This document shows, piece after piece, positions 47,886 to 56,772 of a stretch of 64,000 nt of DNA. The stretch lies in IMG/VR virus record IMGVR_UViG_3300027896_000016; one strand, 5' to 3'. A program made the translations under genes and the position numbers. The notes beneath the pieces are model-generated. The model saw nothing but the letters and a program-made list of their open reading frames with translations, was not told the DNA's origin and did not search any database. Within the stretch, counting starts at the first letter, position 1. Each line of letters begins with the position of its first letter. This stretch comes from an uncultured virus (IMG/VR IMGVR_UViG_3300027896_000016). Taxonomy: Duplodnaviria > Heunggongvirae > Uroviricota > Caudoviricetes.

Positions 47886-49031
47886 TTATCGTTCAAGCCA
47901 CTCTCGTACCTTTAACGTCCCATCTGGCAACGTAATAGTAGATTTTCCATCTGCCGTACTTGCCAGAGTCGGCTTTTTACCTCCATGTTCACCAGTTGTA
48001 TGAACCCAAATAGTGCCCGCCTTGTTTGATTTCATTCCAGAAGGAATAGTATAACTTATTGCCGGTGCTTTTCCAAGCGCAGCAAAAATCTCAATATCGT
48101 CTTTGTTCCCCATACCTTTGATATTAATAACGTTCATCTTTTCAGGCAAGGCATTGTGGAATTTACAATAACGCTTAAATCCTTGAATAAATTTCTTTAT
48201 AAGTGATCTATTGCCAGTCTTATAAACATAATCCATTGCCATTGAGATATCCCTTGGTACTTTACCCAACTTCTGTTGATATAAATTATAAATACTCTTA
48301 AACTCGCCCCGATAAACTTCTTGCGGGTTCCTTACAACTAGTAGTGAGGCATTTGCACTTATGCCCCTTTTATGACGACCATTAGCGCGTGTCAAAACGG
48401 ATTGCACTTCCGTTCCAACTTTGCACTTTCCGGTTCTAGGTGAATAGTACTTCTTAGGACAACCAATTACAAATTTATGTCTTTCGCTTCCATGTGGTGC
48501 TATTGTCCGAAAACTTCTTGAATCAAATTCTCGCGGACTTGCAATTCTGTGACGATAGTATTTACCGTGTTCCCCAATATCCCCCATTCTCTTTCGTGCT
48601 TCAATCGCCCGACTTACTTCTTCGCGCCGTCGCCGTCTTTCTTCCATTGATAAAGGCCGTTCCATTCTGGCACGAATTGCGGGATTTTCGTCAATTTCAT
48701 CTTCGCGTTCGCAAATTTCGGGATCGTCATTCCTACCATAAATTCCTAAATTTTCGGATTTATCTCTACTTATTTCATGAGCATCGGCTCTACCTTGATA
48801 ATATTGTGATAGCTCATGTTCATCACTTGCTTCTTTTTGGTCTGCCTCTAATTGTGCTTTTTTACGTTCAAAATCATGATATTCTTTACCTGGATTTCTT
48901 GAAACATCTAACAATCGCTGAATTTCGTCGGTTTCTCGTTCAGACAAATTGCCACGCGAAACCCAATGACGGGCTAATTGGGAATCGCCCATTCGGGCGG
49001 CACGTCGCGCTTTTTCGAAGAATAAATTCAT
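47886..49031 (-). CDS. basic multi-segment virion-type protein
   Basis: SRNP, DENP, VRNP motifs between segments. Confidence 0.75.
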   Translation of the reverse strand: MNLFFEKARRAARMGDSQLARHWVSRGNLSERETDEIQRLLDVSRNPGKEYHDFERKKAQLEADQKEASDEHELSQYYQGRADAHEISRDKSENLGIYGRNDDPEICEREDEIDENPAIRARMERPLSMEERRRRREEVSRAIEARKRMGDIGEHGKYYRHRIASPREFDSRSFRTIAPHGSERHKFVIGCPKKYYSPRTGKCKVGTEVQSVLTRANGRHKRGISANASLLVVRNPQEVYRGEFKSIYNLYQQKLGKVPRDISMAMDYVYKTGNRSLIKKFIQGFKRYCKFHNALPEKMNVINIKGMGNKDDIEIFAALGKAPAISYTIPSGMKSNKAGTIWVHTTGEHGGKKPTLASTADGKSTITLPDGTLKVREWLER

Positions 49032-49033
49032 GA

Positions 49034-49996
49034 TTATTCCTCAGAATCGTCTAGCTCATCTTCATCAAGAAATTCATCATTTTCTTCGATTTTCTTAGCT
49101 TTCTTATGTTTAAGATAGAAATAACCACCTACCCCAACAACTGTAACTATACCCAATCCCGCCAAAATCTTTTTCCATGTCCAAAATGACTGAGCAATTA
49201 CCGCTGGAATCGGCGCGACTTGGGTTTTTCCTAAATCAGCCATATTGCCTAGCCCCTGTTCTGGAACTACTTCGTCACGTTTTTGAATCGCTGTTATTAC
49301 TTCTTTTTCTTCTTCGGGTTCAGGAATAACCTCTTCTTTCATTTCTTTTCTAACAAAAGACTTGGCCAAAGAAACCACGCCAGCTTTTTCTGAATTCTTT
49401 CTTGTTATAATACTCGCCTTTGCAAATTTATTTATATCTATATTTCCTATATTGCTATAAACAATATAAATATCCGTCAAACGCCAATCAAATTTCCTTT
49501 CTTTTGATAAACGGGCGCGTTGCTTAATCGCAAAATCTATTAGTTCTGATTCTTCTTTATTAAATAATTCAGGAAGCTTCTTACGCGCTTCAATTGCAGT
49601 CAAGAATAAACAAAGCTTGTTTACCCATTTGCTTTGATCTGAACTGAAAAATGGCCATTCTAATTTGTTTACACATTCTGCCGGATTCCCCATATCTTTT
49701 GCAAGTTTAATTAAAAAATCCGTTACTGTACAAATAGTAAATTGCAAATCTTCTAGACTAATATTACTGTTTTTATTTGCAAAATACCAATTTGGTAATA
49801 TGATTAATACGGAATCATAAATATTAGTATCTTTCAAAGTATTATATAAAAACTCTAACGCTACTTGAGCTTTTTCTGGCTTAAATTGGGGAAATTTTGA
49901 CCCAATAAAGCCGACATAATCCTTACTCAGATCAACCGAAGTATCAATTTGATCTTCGATATCGACTTCTTCAGCTTTCTTTACTTCTTCAGGCAT
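49034..49996 (-). CDS. protein with C-terminal TM
   Basis: QGLGNMADLG, TM, KHKK, acidic tail. Confidence 0.75.
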   Translation of the reverse strand: MPEEVKKAEEVDIEDQIDTSVDLSKDYVGFIGSKFPQFKPEKAQVALEFLYNTLKDTNIYDSVLIILPNWYFANKNSNISLEDLQFTICTVTDFLIKLAKDMGNPAECVNKLEWPFFSSDQSKWVNKLCLFLTAIEARKKLPELFNKEESELIDFAIKQRARLSKERKFDWRLTDIYIVYSNIGNIDINKFAKASIITRKNSEKAGVVSLAKSFVRKEMKEEVIPEPEEEKEVITAIQKRDEVVPEQGLGNMADLGKTQVAPIPAVIAQSFWTWKKILAGLGIVTVVGVGGYFYLKHKKAKKIEENDEFLDEDELDDSEE

Positions 49997-50021
49997 TTTA
50001 GCGCCCTTTATTTAAGGCCAT

Positions 50022-51542
50022 TTACGCCTTTTTCGCAGTTCGCTTTGACATTGATTTTACGAAAACGTAGCCAACAATTGCTGCAATTCCAGCCCCTAAA
50101 GCAATCGCTGTCCAATTTGTCTGTTGTTTCGGAGGAATTATAGGAGTTATTGTTTGCGGAACTTCTTCACCCTTAATAGCGGCAACACTATTCTTAACCA
50201 TATTCGCCAAACTAACCCTTGAACCATCATCCTTCACAAAGAAAATGCCATTTTCTGTATAATCAACCTTGGTTTCACCTAATGCACCTAAACCTCGAAG
50301 AACGGCAGATTTTACGGATTCGTTCAAGCCACCTAAACCATAAAGTGAACCACTATCACCTTCATCAAAATCATATTCGGTTTCATCAGCTAGTGGAACG
50401 CCACTTGTATCGTCGCCATACATTTTTTGCAGGGCATATTCTTCATCAACAATATCAGTATCTAGCGTTTCAGCTTCATAATCTGGACTAATACGATCTT
50501 CATCCGAAATAGATACGCCTTCTTCTGACTGAAATTCTACGTCGGTAGTAACAGTCGGCAAGGACGTTTTAGGCATAGGTTCACCACTTTGAGATTGAAT
50601 ATAAACAGTCGGCTTAATTATAATTTCAGGTCTTGCGCCTGTCGTTTGATCCTGTTCAGGTGTAATGTCCATTGTTTCATCTTGAGATTCTATTGCCTGA
50701 TCGTCAAAATATTGGGATTCATCTTGAGAAACCACTTCATAAGAAGCCGGCGTTGCTTGTTCAGTATAATCTTGCTGCATTAATTGAACGGCTTCTTGTG
50801 GAACCGAAGAATAATCATATTGAGAAGATTGAGCCTGTTGCTGATATGGATTAATGGCTTGCTGTTGATACTGATATGGATCAACTACTTGCTGTTGATA
50901 TTGATACGGATCGACTATTTGCTGACTTGTATCAACAATTTGCTGACCAGTCGTATCATATACAGTAGTATCAACAGGAATTTGTTCAGTTGTGGTACTA
51001 TCATCAGGACCAACCGGAGTTACGTTAGTAGTAATTGCCGTAGATTGTGGCAATGTTGGTAATGTTCCACCGCCACCACCGTATTTTGCCTGTTGTTTCG
51101 CCAATTTTGCGGCAGCTTTTGCAGCAGCGGCATCTAATTTTGCTTTTTGTTTTGCAGCAGCAGCATCGGCTTTTGCTTGCGCTTTGGCCAATTTTGCCTG
51201 TTGCTTCATTGCGGCTAATTGAGCTTTATAGTCGGCAGCAGTAAGAGCAGTCGTAGTAGTCGTAGTATCAGTAGTTCCCGTAGTATCAGTAGTTCCCGTA
51301 GTATCAGTAGTTCCCGTAGTATCAGTAGTTCCCGTAGTATCAGTAGTAGCGGTTGTAGCAGTTGTAGACGTTGCATATTTTGCCAATTTAGCAGCTTGTT
51401 TTGCCGCTTTTGCTGTAGCCTTTGCTTCTTTCTTTGCAGCTTTTGCTGTAGCCTTTGCAGCCTTTTTTGCGGCAGCAACCGTAGGATCTTTCTTACCTAA
51501 ACCTTCAATATCATTCAAAAAACCGAGTCCAAAAAGTGCCAT
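50022..51542 (-). CDS. low-complexity membrane-anchored protein
   Basis: AK-rich, TTDTTG repeats, Q/Y-rich and acidic segments, four GLG motifs, C-terminal TM. Confidence 0.8.
   Translation of the reverse strand: MALFGLGFLNDIEGLGKKDPTVAAAKKAAKATAKAAKKEAKATAKAAKQAAKLAKYATSTTATTATTDTTGTTDTTGTTDTTGTTDTTGTTDTTTTTTALTAADYKAQLAAMKQQAKLAKAQAKADAAAAKQKAKLDAAAAKAAAKLAKQQAKYGGGGGTLPTLPQSTAITTNVTPVGPDDSTTTEQIPVDTTVYDTTGQQIVDTSQQIVDPYQYQQQVVDPYQYQQQAINPYQQQAQSSQYDYSSVPQEAVQLMQQDYTEQATPASYEVVSQDESQYFDDQAIESQDETMDITPEQDQTTGARPEIIIKPTVYIQSQSGEPMPKTSLPTVTTDVEFQSEEGVSISDEDRISPDYEAETLDTDIVDEEYALQKMYGDDTSGVPLADETEYDFDEGDSGSLYGLGGLNESVKSAVLRGLGALGETKVDYTENGIFFVKDDGSRVSLANMVKNSVAAIKGEEVPQTITPIIPPKQQTNWTAIALGAGIAAIVGYVFVKSMSKRTAKKA
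51261..51347. repeat. 18-bp tandem repeat, 4 full copies plus a partial
   Basis: CGTAGTATCAGTAGTTCC units. Confidence 0.95.
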
Positions 51543-51561
51543 TTTTAGCCCCTTATTAAAA

Positions 51562-52098
51562 TTACTCCAAAGAGCCTTTCCAAACTTTTAGGCCAAAAAA
51601 TCTACCGGGATACCAACCAAGATATGATTCTTTCACAGTACAATCCGCTGGAATAAGTTTTTTCCCATATTTTACTACTGGAAAAACATGTGAATACTCA
51701 TCTGGTCTTTCTTTATCCGCCTTAACACATACAAAATAAGTTCTTAGTCCAATACATTCAGCCAAGGTGGTAAATAAAATGACTAAATCATCACAATCCC
51801 CGGCTTTTCTTTGGAGCGTCCTAATGGGACTTTGGAGCAATTCGACCTTATAAGGGTCATATACATATCTAACATAATTTTTAACAAAATCAAAAATACA
51901 TTGTAATTCACCAATTTTATCTTTATAATCACAATTTTCAATAAGTTTAGCAGCCAATCTTAAAAAGAAATCCCAATTTTTCTTACTTTCAGTGACTAAC
52001 TCTTGCATTTTTTGAATTGTATCTTCAGTTCCTCTCCAATCCGAAGGGATGTCGTATTCCTCTGAGTGACTACCTATATTTCTGAGAAAATTTAACAT
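51562..52098 (-). CDS. transglutaminase-like cysteine protease
   Basis: VRYVYDP...GDCDD...SHVF...ADCT: Cys-His-Asp triad. Confidence 0.85.
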   Translation of the reverse strand: MLNFLRNIGSHSEEYDIPSDWRGTEDTIQKMQELVTESKKNWDFFLRLAAKLIENCDYKDKIGELQCIFDFVKNYVRYVYDPYKVELLQSPIRTLQRKAGDCDDLVILFTTLAECIGLRTYFVCVKADKERPDEYSHVFPVVKYGKKLIPADCTVKESYLGWYPGRFFGLKVWKGSLE

Positions 52099-52102
52099 TT
52101 AT

Positions 52103-52516
52103 TTAGCCCGCTGAAATTTTTACCTTGGGTATTTCTAGCTTAACTGGTGCAACCTCTTCTTTCGGGCCAAATGACAACATGTTCAAACTTTTACAACCCG
52201 AACCTTGGCACTTTACCTCAAGACTAAAATCAGATTTGGTATTCTTTACGTAAACTTGTGCCATAAATCGGCCACACATGCGGCATTGTAATGAATAAGG
52301 TATTAAAGCTTTTGTCTCGTTATTGTATATTCTTGCATCTTCAAGTTTTTTCGTCGTGTCGATCTTGGGCGAAAACGGAAAAATATTCAAAGCCTTGCAA
52401 TGTGAACGTTGACATTTTACCTTAAGTATAAAATCAGATTCTTCTGCTAAAATAGAGACATTAGCAAAAAATCTGGCACATTTAGAACATCGAAGTTCTT
52501 TAACCAGAGGCTTCAC
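52103..52516 (-). CDS. tandem Mu Com-like zinc-ribbon protein
   Basis: two copies of [RQ]CxxCxRF...VKCQxxxCKxLN. Confidence 0.7.
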   Translation of the reverse strand: MKPLVKELRCSKCARFFANVSILAEESDFILKVKCQRSHCKALNIFPFSPKIDTTKKLEDARIYNNETKALIPYSLQCRMCGRFMAQVYVKNTKSDFSLEVKCQGSGCKSLNMLSFGPKEEVAPVKLEIPKVKISAG

Positions 52517-52538
52517 GCATTGCCCCTTAAATAAATTA

Positions 52539-52988
52539 TTAAACGATTTTTGCCTTTACTGTCTTTACCGCTACTCCATTATCAAAATTGTCTGTTGGAA
52601 CATCTCCATCTGAATCATCGTCGTCATCGTCATCTTCGTCGTCTTCATCACCATCTTCAATAGGCTGTTCTACAAATTCTTCATCATGAGATGCTAACAC
52701 TAAAAGAGCGCAATCTTTCGGACTTAGCGGCTTATCCACAGCGGCCATTTTACATATTTCTAGCAAAGAATTTCCTAGCCAAGTAGCGATTCCAGAAACT
52801 TCTTCAAGATTTTCGGCCAAATCCTCAATATCTAATCCTTTCAAAATACTATTTAATTTCACAATATTTTTATTCAAAATCGCTAATTGTTCAAGAATAG
52901 CCGAATTTTCACTTTGAGAACCTTTTATTGCCGCCTCTAAAAGTCCTGCAACAATATTAGGCTTCTGATTCTGTTGATTCTGATTCAT
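52539..52988 (-). CDS. coiled-coil protein with acidic tail
   Basis: probable start MNQNQQ after GGGGA. Confidence 0.65.
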   Translation of the reverse strand: MNQNQQNQKPNIVAGLLEAAIKGSQSENSAILEQLAILNKNIVKLNSILKGLDIEDLAENLEEVSGIATWLGNSLLEICKMAAVDKPLSPKDCALLVLASHDEEFVEQPIEDGDEDDEDDDDDDDSDGDVPTDNFDNGVAVKTVKAKIV

Positions 52989-54933
52989 CGGAATCTTCCC
53001 CTTCATCTTCGTCACCATCCGGCGACTCTTCACCATTTTCCTCTTTTTTAATATCTTCAAATTCGGACTTAACAATAGCAAAACAACTTATACCCCATTT
53101 AATTACAGCCGGATTCTTAAGAAGCGCAACTAAATTAGCAATAAGATCTGGATTGGCATATTTGTTCAAAAAATCTACTACTTGCGGTTTACCAGTAAAA
53201 GACATTATTTCTTCGAGCATTTCTCGCGGTAATTTCGTTATAGCAAATTCAACCCAATTCGGTTCATTCTGCATAATTTTCGCGTCTTCGATCATCATAG
53301 CAAGTAATTCGTTTGTGTATTTATGCCAAATCATTTCTTTTTCTTGAACTGAAAATTGTGGCGCTTCAACAACTTGAACCTCTTCTTGTTTTGGCTGTTC
53401 TTGAGCCACAGGTGCCGGTTCCGATGTTTGCACTTGTGCTTGAGGCGTAACCCCTTGCTGCACCTGGACTTGTGGCACAACCAGCTTTGATTCCTGCGTT
53501 TTCTCCTTCCTTATCATAGTCGGTTGTGGTGCTGTCTCGGTTCTATTCAAAAGTCCAGGTTTTTCTTCTGTCACTACTTCAAGCATTTTTGGCGGTTTTA
53601 CGATAATTGGCTGAATCGGCTGAACTGACTGAACTGGCTGCATTTGCGGTGGATTCTGAACACCAGTCAATTCAGGCATTCCCGATTTTCCAGCGAAACT
53701 AGCAATTAACGGAACCGCCTCACTAGCCAAATCCTTTATTACTTCACCAGCGTCTTTGATCCAAGATTGTTTGCCGCTAGCATCGGCGGCATGATCCAAT
53801 ATCACTGTCATCATTTTCATTAAACTTTCGGACTTATCTTTCTGAGATGCAATTATCATCTCAGTCATAGCCTTCATCGTTTCCATACTACGGGCCATTG
53901 ATTCGGCCTGAACACGACTCATATCGGCTTTTACTTTTTCGAGACTTTCGCTAGATCTTCCATCACGATCAGCCTGAATTTTCATAGCTTCAATTTGGGT
54001 TCGCATATTTTCAGATGCCTGTTGCGATTGCATTTTGAATGTTTCTGCGATCATATTACTCTGTTGTTTCATGGCTTCGATCATTACTTGCTGAGAATTT
54101 GCAGTATTTGTGCTTTCTTTTGAATTAGCAATAGCAGCAACGAGAGCTTCAAAACCCTTAGAAACGTCGGCTTTTAGTGCTATAATCTTTTCTTCTTGCG
54201 CCCTGAATTTTTCGTCGATTTTCTTCTGTTCATCGACATCCTTCATGAATTCTTTAATAGTATCGTCTACATTTGGTTCATTAGACTTATCTTTTTCTAG
54301 TTCTTTTAGCTCTTTTTCTAATTCAACAAGCCGCTTTTTTCTATGGGTTTCCTGAATTTTTTGCTCTAAATCCTGGCAACGATCTGATTCAATTGTCTTA
54401 AATTTGCCATTTCCACCGTTATCACCAGCACCAGAATCTAATTTATCCTCAGCTTCAATGGGATCGCCGGAAACTTCGGTCATGAAATTGCTGTGTATAG
54501 CGCCGGAATCATCATAAACTAGAATCCTGTACTTGCCACCACCGAACAATTTTCGTATTGTTTCTTCTAATTCAAGTTTATTTGAAGGCTTTGTTTCAGA
54601 ATGTAAATCGCGCTCTGGATAAATCTTGCCACTTTTAGGATGCTTATAAGTAGGTTTATTAACTTTCACGACCCATCCTTCATAATCTGTCGTTCCAATA
54701 AGCTGCAAAATATCCCAATTATTGCGAATTACACTGCCAATTCCAATAGGTCTATCAGGTTCTCGCAAAAAAGATGGAACTTCAACCCGATCCCTTTCGC
54801 GTTCTCGTATTGATTCCCGCCGATCTTCCCGAATTTTCCTTTCTTTGTCTTCTTCGGTTTCTTGAATAGGTTGAACTTCTGTCTCTTTAATCTCCCTCTT
54901 AATTGTAATCGCTTTCTCTTTTTCTTCGGCCAA
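52957..54933 (-). CDS. large coiled-coil protein, first gene of the late arm
   Basis: TTG start after AAGGAGG; M/Q/E/K-rich heptads; GGGKYRI. Confidence 0.75.
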   Translation of the reverse strand: MAEEKEKAITIKREIKETEVQPIQETEEDKERKIREDRRESIRERERDRVEVPSFLREPDRPIGIGSVIRNNWDILQLIGTTDYEGWVVKVNKPTYKHPKSGKIYPERDLHSETKPSNKLELEETIRKLFGGGKYRILVYDDSGAIHSNFMTEVSGDPIEAEDKLDSGAGDNGGNGKFKTIESDRCQDLEQKIQETHRKKRLVELEKELKELEKDKSNEPNVDDTIKEFMKDVDEQKKIDEKFRAQEEKIIALKADVSKGFEALVAAIANSKESTNTANSQQVMIEAMKQQSNMIAETFKMQSQQASENMRTQIEAMKIQADRDGRSSESLEKVKADMSRVQAESMARSMETMKAMTEMIIASQKDKSESLMKMMTVILDHAADASGKQSWIKDAGEVIKDLASEAVPLIASFAGKSGMPELTGVQNPPQMQPVQSVQPIQPIIVKPPKMLEVVTEEKPGLLNRTETAPQPTMIRKEKTQESKLVVPQVQVQQGVTPQAQVQTSEPAPVAQEQPKQEEVQVVEAPQFSVQEKEMIWHKYTNELLAMMIEDAKIMQNEPNWVEFAITKLPREMLEEIMSFTGKPQVVDFLNKYANPDLIANLVALLKNPAVIKWGISCFAIVKSEFEDIKKEENGEESPDGDEDEGEDSDESESTESEA

Positions 54934-55128
54934 GGCAAATCCTCCCTTTTCTAATTGGGCTTCCAAGCCCTATTTTCTGAAACTATAGGAATTGACACCT
55001 ATTACGAAATTACAGTTTAACAATTATGAAATAGTTAATTAATTTGATAATTCGGCAATTCGATTATTTCTGTGTTCTGCATTTTTATGTTGGGCCAAAG
55101 CCTTAATCGAAAAACAATTCTTGTCACC

Positions 55129-55157
55129 ATTAGACCCTATAAAACTTTAAAAGTCAA
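55129..55157 (-). promoter_or_regulatory. leftward promoter
   Basis: TTGACT-17-TCTAAT within GGTCTAATGG. Confidence 0.65.
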
Positions 55158-55225
55158 GCCCTTTTTTAAGATATTTCGTGCATAAGCGCAAAAATGACCT
55201 ACATAGTGCAATCCAAACGTTAAAC

Positions 55226-55453
55226 TACCATTAGTGGTATTACCAAATGGTAACACCACTACCAGTAGTGGTTTCATATACTAACCTTGTTAAGATTAGC
55301 ATGACATAACCCTGCAAGGTGCAGACAAAATCAAGCAATCACCTATCAGAAATTGCCTAGATTTACTCTTTTTTCTGCAAATTGGGCCAAGGCTACCCGT
55401 CGGTAGGATCATACCTAGCGGTAGCCCTAAACCAAAAAGCTACCATTTGGTAG
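55226..55453. promoter_or_regulatory. cluster of TACC-Nx-GGTA palindromes (operator or origin candidates)
   Basis: TACC-N4-GGTA at 55241, 55394, 55412, 55441, plus variants. Confidence 0.55.
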
Positions 55454-55581
55454 GATTCTCCCGGTAGAGCATAATATTCGTCGGTAGATTTGCGGACAAC
55501 GCATATTATGCACCCGTGGGGCAAGGCATAACTCACAGTAAAACAAGGGGTTATGACGGCAAAAATAATCGAAAATTCGAC

Positions 55582-55609
55582 TTGACAACGGGGTACCTCA
55601 TGGTCTAAT
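55582..55609 (+). promoter_or_regulatory. rightward promoter
   Basis: TTGACA-16-TCTAAT within GGTCTAATGG. Confidence 0.65.
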
Positions 55610-55614
55610 GGGTG

Positions 55615-56040
55615 TAGCTTCCATCGGTAGGGGTAGACACAAGCCCGCTACCCGGTAGCGTGTTACACGATCCTTGACAATCGCGGCGGTTCTGAGGCAC
55701 GTAGCGGGAGATTACTTTCCCGCCGAACGGAAAACCGGCGATTTGCTGATTATTTGTAAAATCCGTAAATCTCAACCGGGAAAACGAAACGCCTTAAACG
55801 CTCAATCGGCTTGCAATCGCAAATTTGCGGTTTTAACCGTAAATTTACCGATTGTGACGGCTCTACAGATTATCACGCGGTAGGGGTGTTTATTTCCCCC
55901 TGCCGCTTTTCAGCGATTTGCGGTTTTTCTCGCAAATTTGCGAATCCCTGAAAAGCGGCAGTAGTGCCGTTTAGAAAATCGTGCCGATTTTGCGGTAATC
56001 GCACGATTTTAACAAAATACCGCAAATGAGGGATTAGTAA
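55615..56040 (+). ncRNA. long structured 5' leader of the early arm
   Basis: successive stems including TGCCGCTTTTCAG/CTGAAAAGCGGCA (55901-55960); no credible ORF. Confidence 0.55.
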
Positions 56041-56041
56041 A

Positions 56042-56488
56042 ATGGCTAAGAAGACTGAAGTTAGTGCGGTCCCGGTTGTCCCGGTAGCGGCTGCACCCGT
56101 CGCGCCCATGGCCCTTCCCGTCGCGCCCGTGGCCCCTGCCGCGAGCGTTCCGGCTCCCGAGGGTAAGGGGAAGCGGGGACGGCCAAAGGGATCGAAGGTT
56201 GAAGCGGTTCGGAATAACTACGCTTCCCTTATTTCGGCTGTAAGAGTTGATAAGGCCGAAAAGGTTACTCCCGATATGATCGAAAAGTATCGGGCCGAAA
56301 TGGTAGCTTTCTACAGCGAAAAGGGTAATTTCGCTACGGATAAGCTTCCGGTCAAGATCTTGGAGCGTATGGGGATTGCGGCTCCGAAGTCCAGTAAGAA
56401 GGATTTGATTACGGAAGTCGCAAGCCTTAAGGCCGAACTGGAAATGTTGCGCGCAATGAAGGCGCAAATGGAAGGGGGAAAGAAGTAA
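56042..56488 (+). CDS. first early protein; AT-hook-like motif and C-terminal coiled coil
   Basis: RBS GAGGG; KRGRPKGS; KKDLITEVASLKAE. Confidence 0.85.
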   Translation: MAKKTEVSAVPVVPVAAAPVAPMALPVAPVAPAASVPAPEGKGKRGRPKGSKVEAVRNNYASLISAVRVDKAEKVTPDMIEKYRAEMVAFYSEKGNFATDKLPVKILERMGIAAPKSSKKDLITEVASLKAELEMLRAMKAQMEGGKK

Positions 56489-56510
56489 CAAACTGCAAGT
56501 AAGGCAATTA

Positions 56511-56545
56511 AGCCCGAATGGGAAAATTCCCGTTCGGGCTTTTTT
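56511..56545 (+). terminator. intrinsic terminator
   Basis: AGCCCGAATGGGA/TCCCGTTCGGGCT followed by a T-run. Confidence 0.8.
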
Positions 56546-56552
56546 GTTATAT

Positions 56553-56672
56553 TGGGAATGGCCGAAGAATAAAGGGCCGATAAAACCGCGTTTTTTACAG
56601 AAAACGCGCAATAATCGACCGCCCGCTGTAACGGGAAAGAAGCCAAATAAGGCTTCCGGCCAAATTTTCCCA
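56553..56672 (+). ncRNA. unrecognised kissing-loop RNA, copy 1
   Basis: loops TTACAG (56595-56600) and CTGTAA (56626-56631) are complementary; closing stem present. Confidence 0.75.
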
Positions 56673-56772
56673 TATTTGTAGTACTCCCCGATAGGTCTTT
56701 CCGGCCTATCGGGGATTTTTTGTTATATTGCCGGTACTTAGCTGCGCAGCAAGCGGCAGCACTTACCGACTT

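Noticed and set aside
56553..56672. cobalamin or lysine riboswitch
   Set aside because: Only short words match (CTGTAA, GCCGAA); the B12 box and the expected element order are absent, and no gene follows directly.
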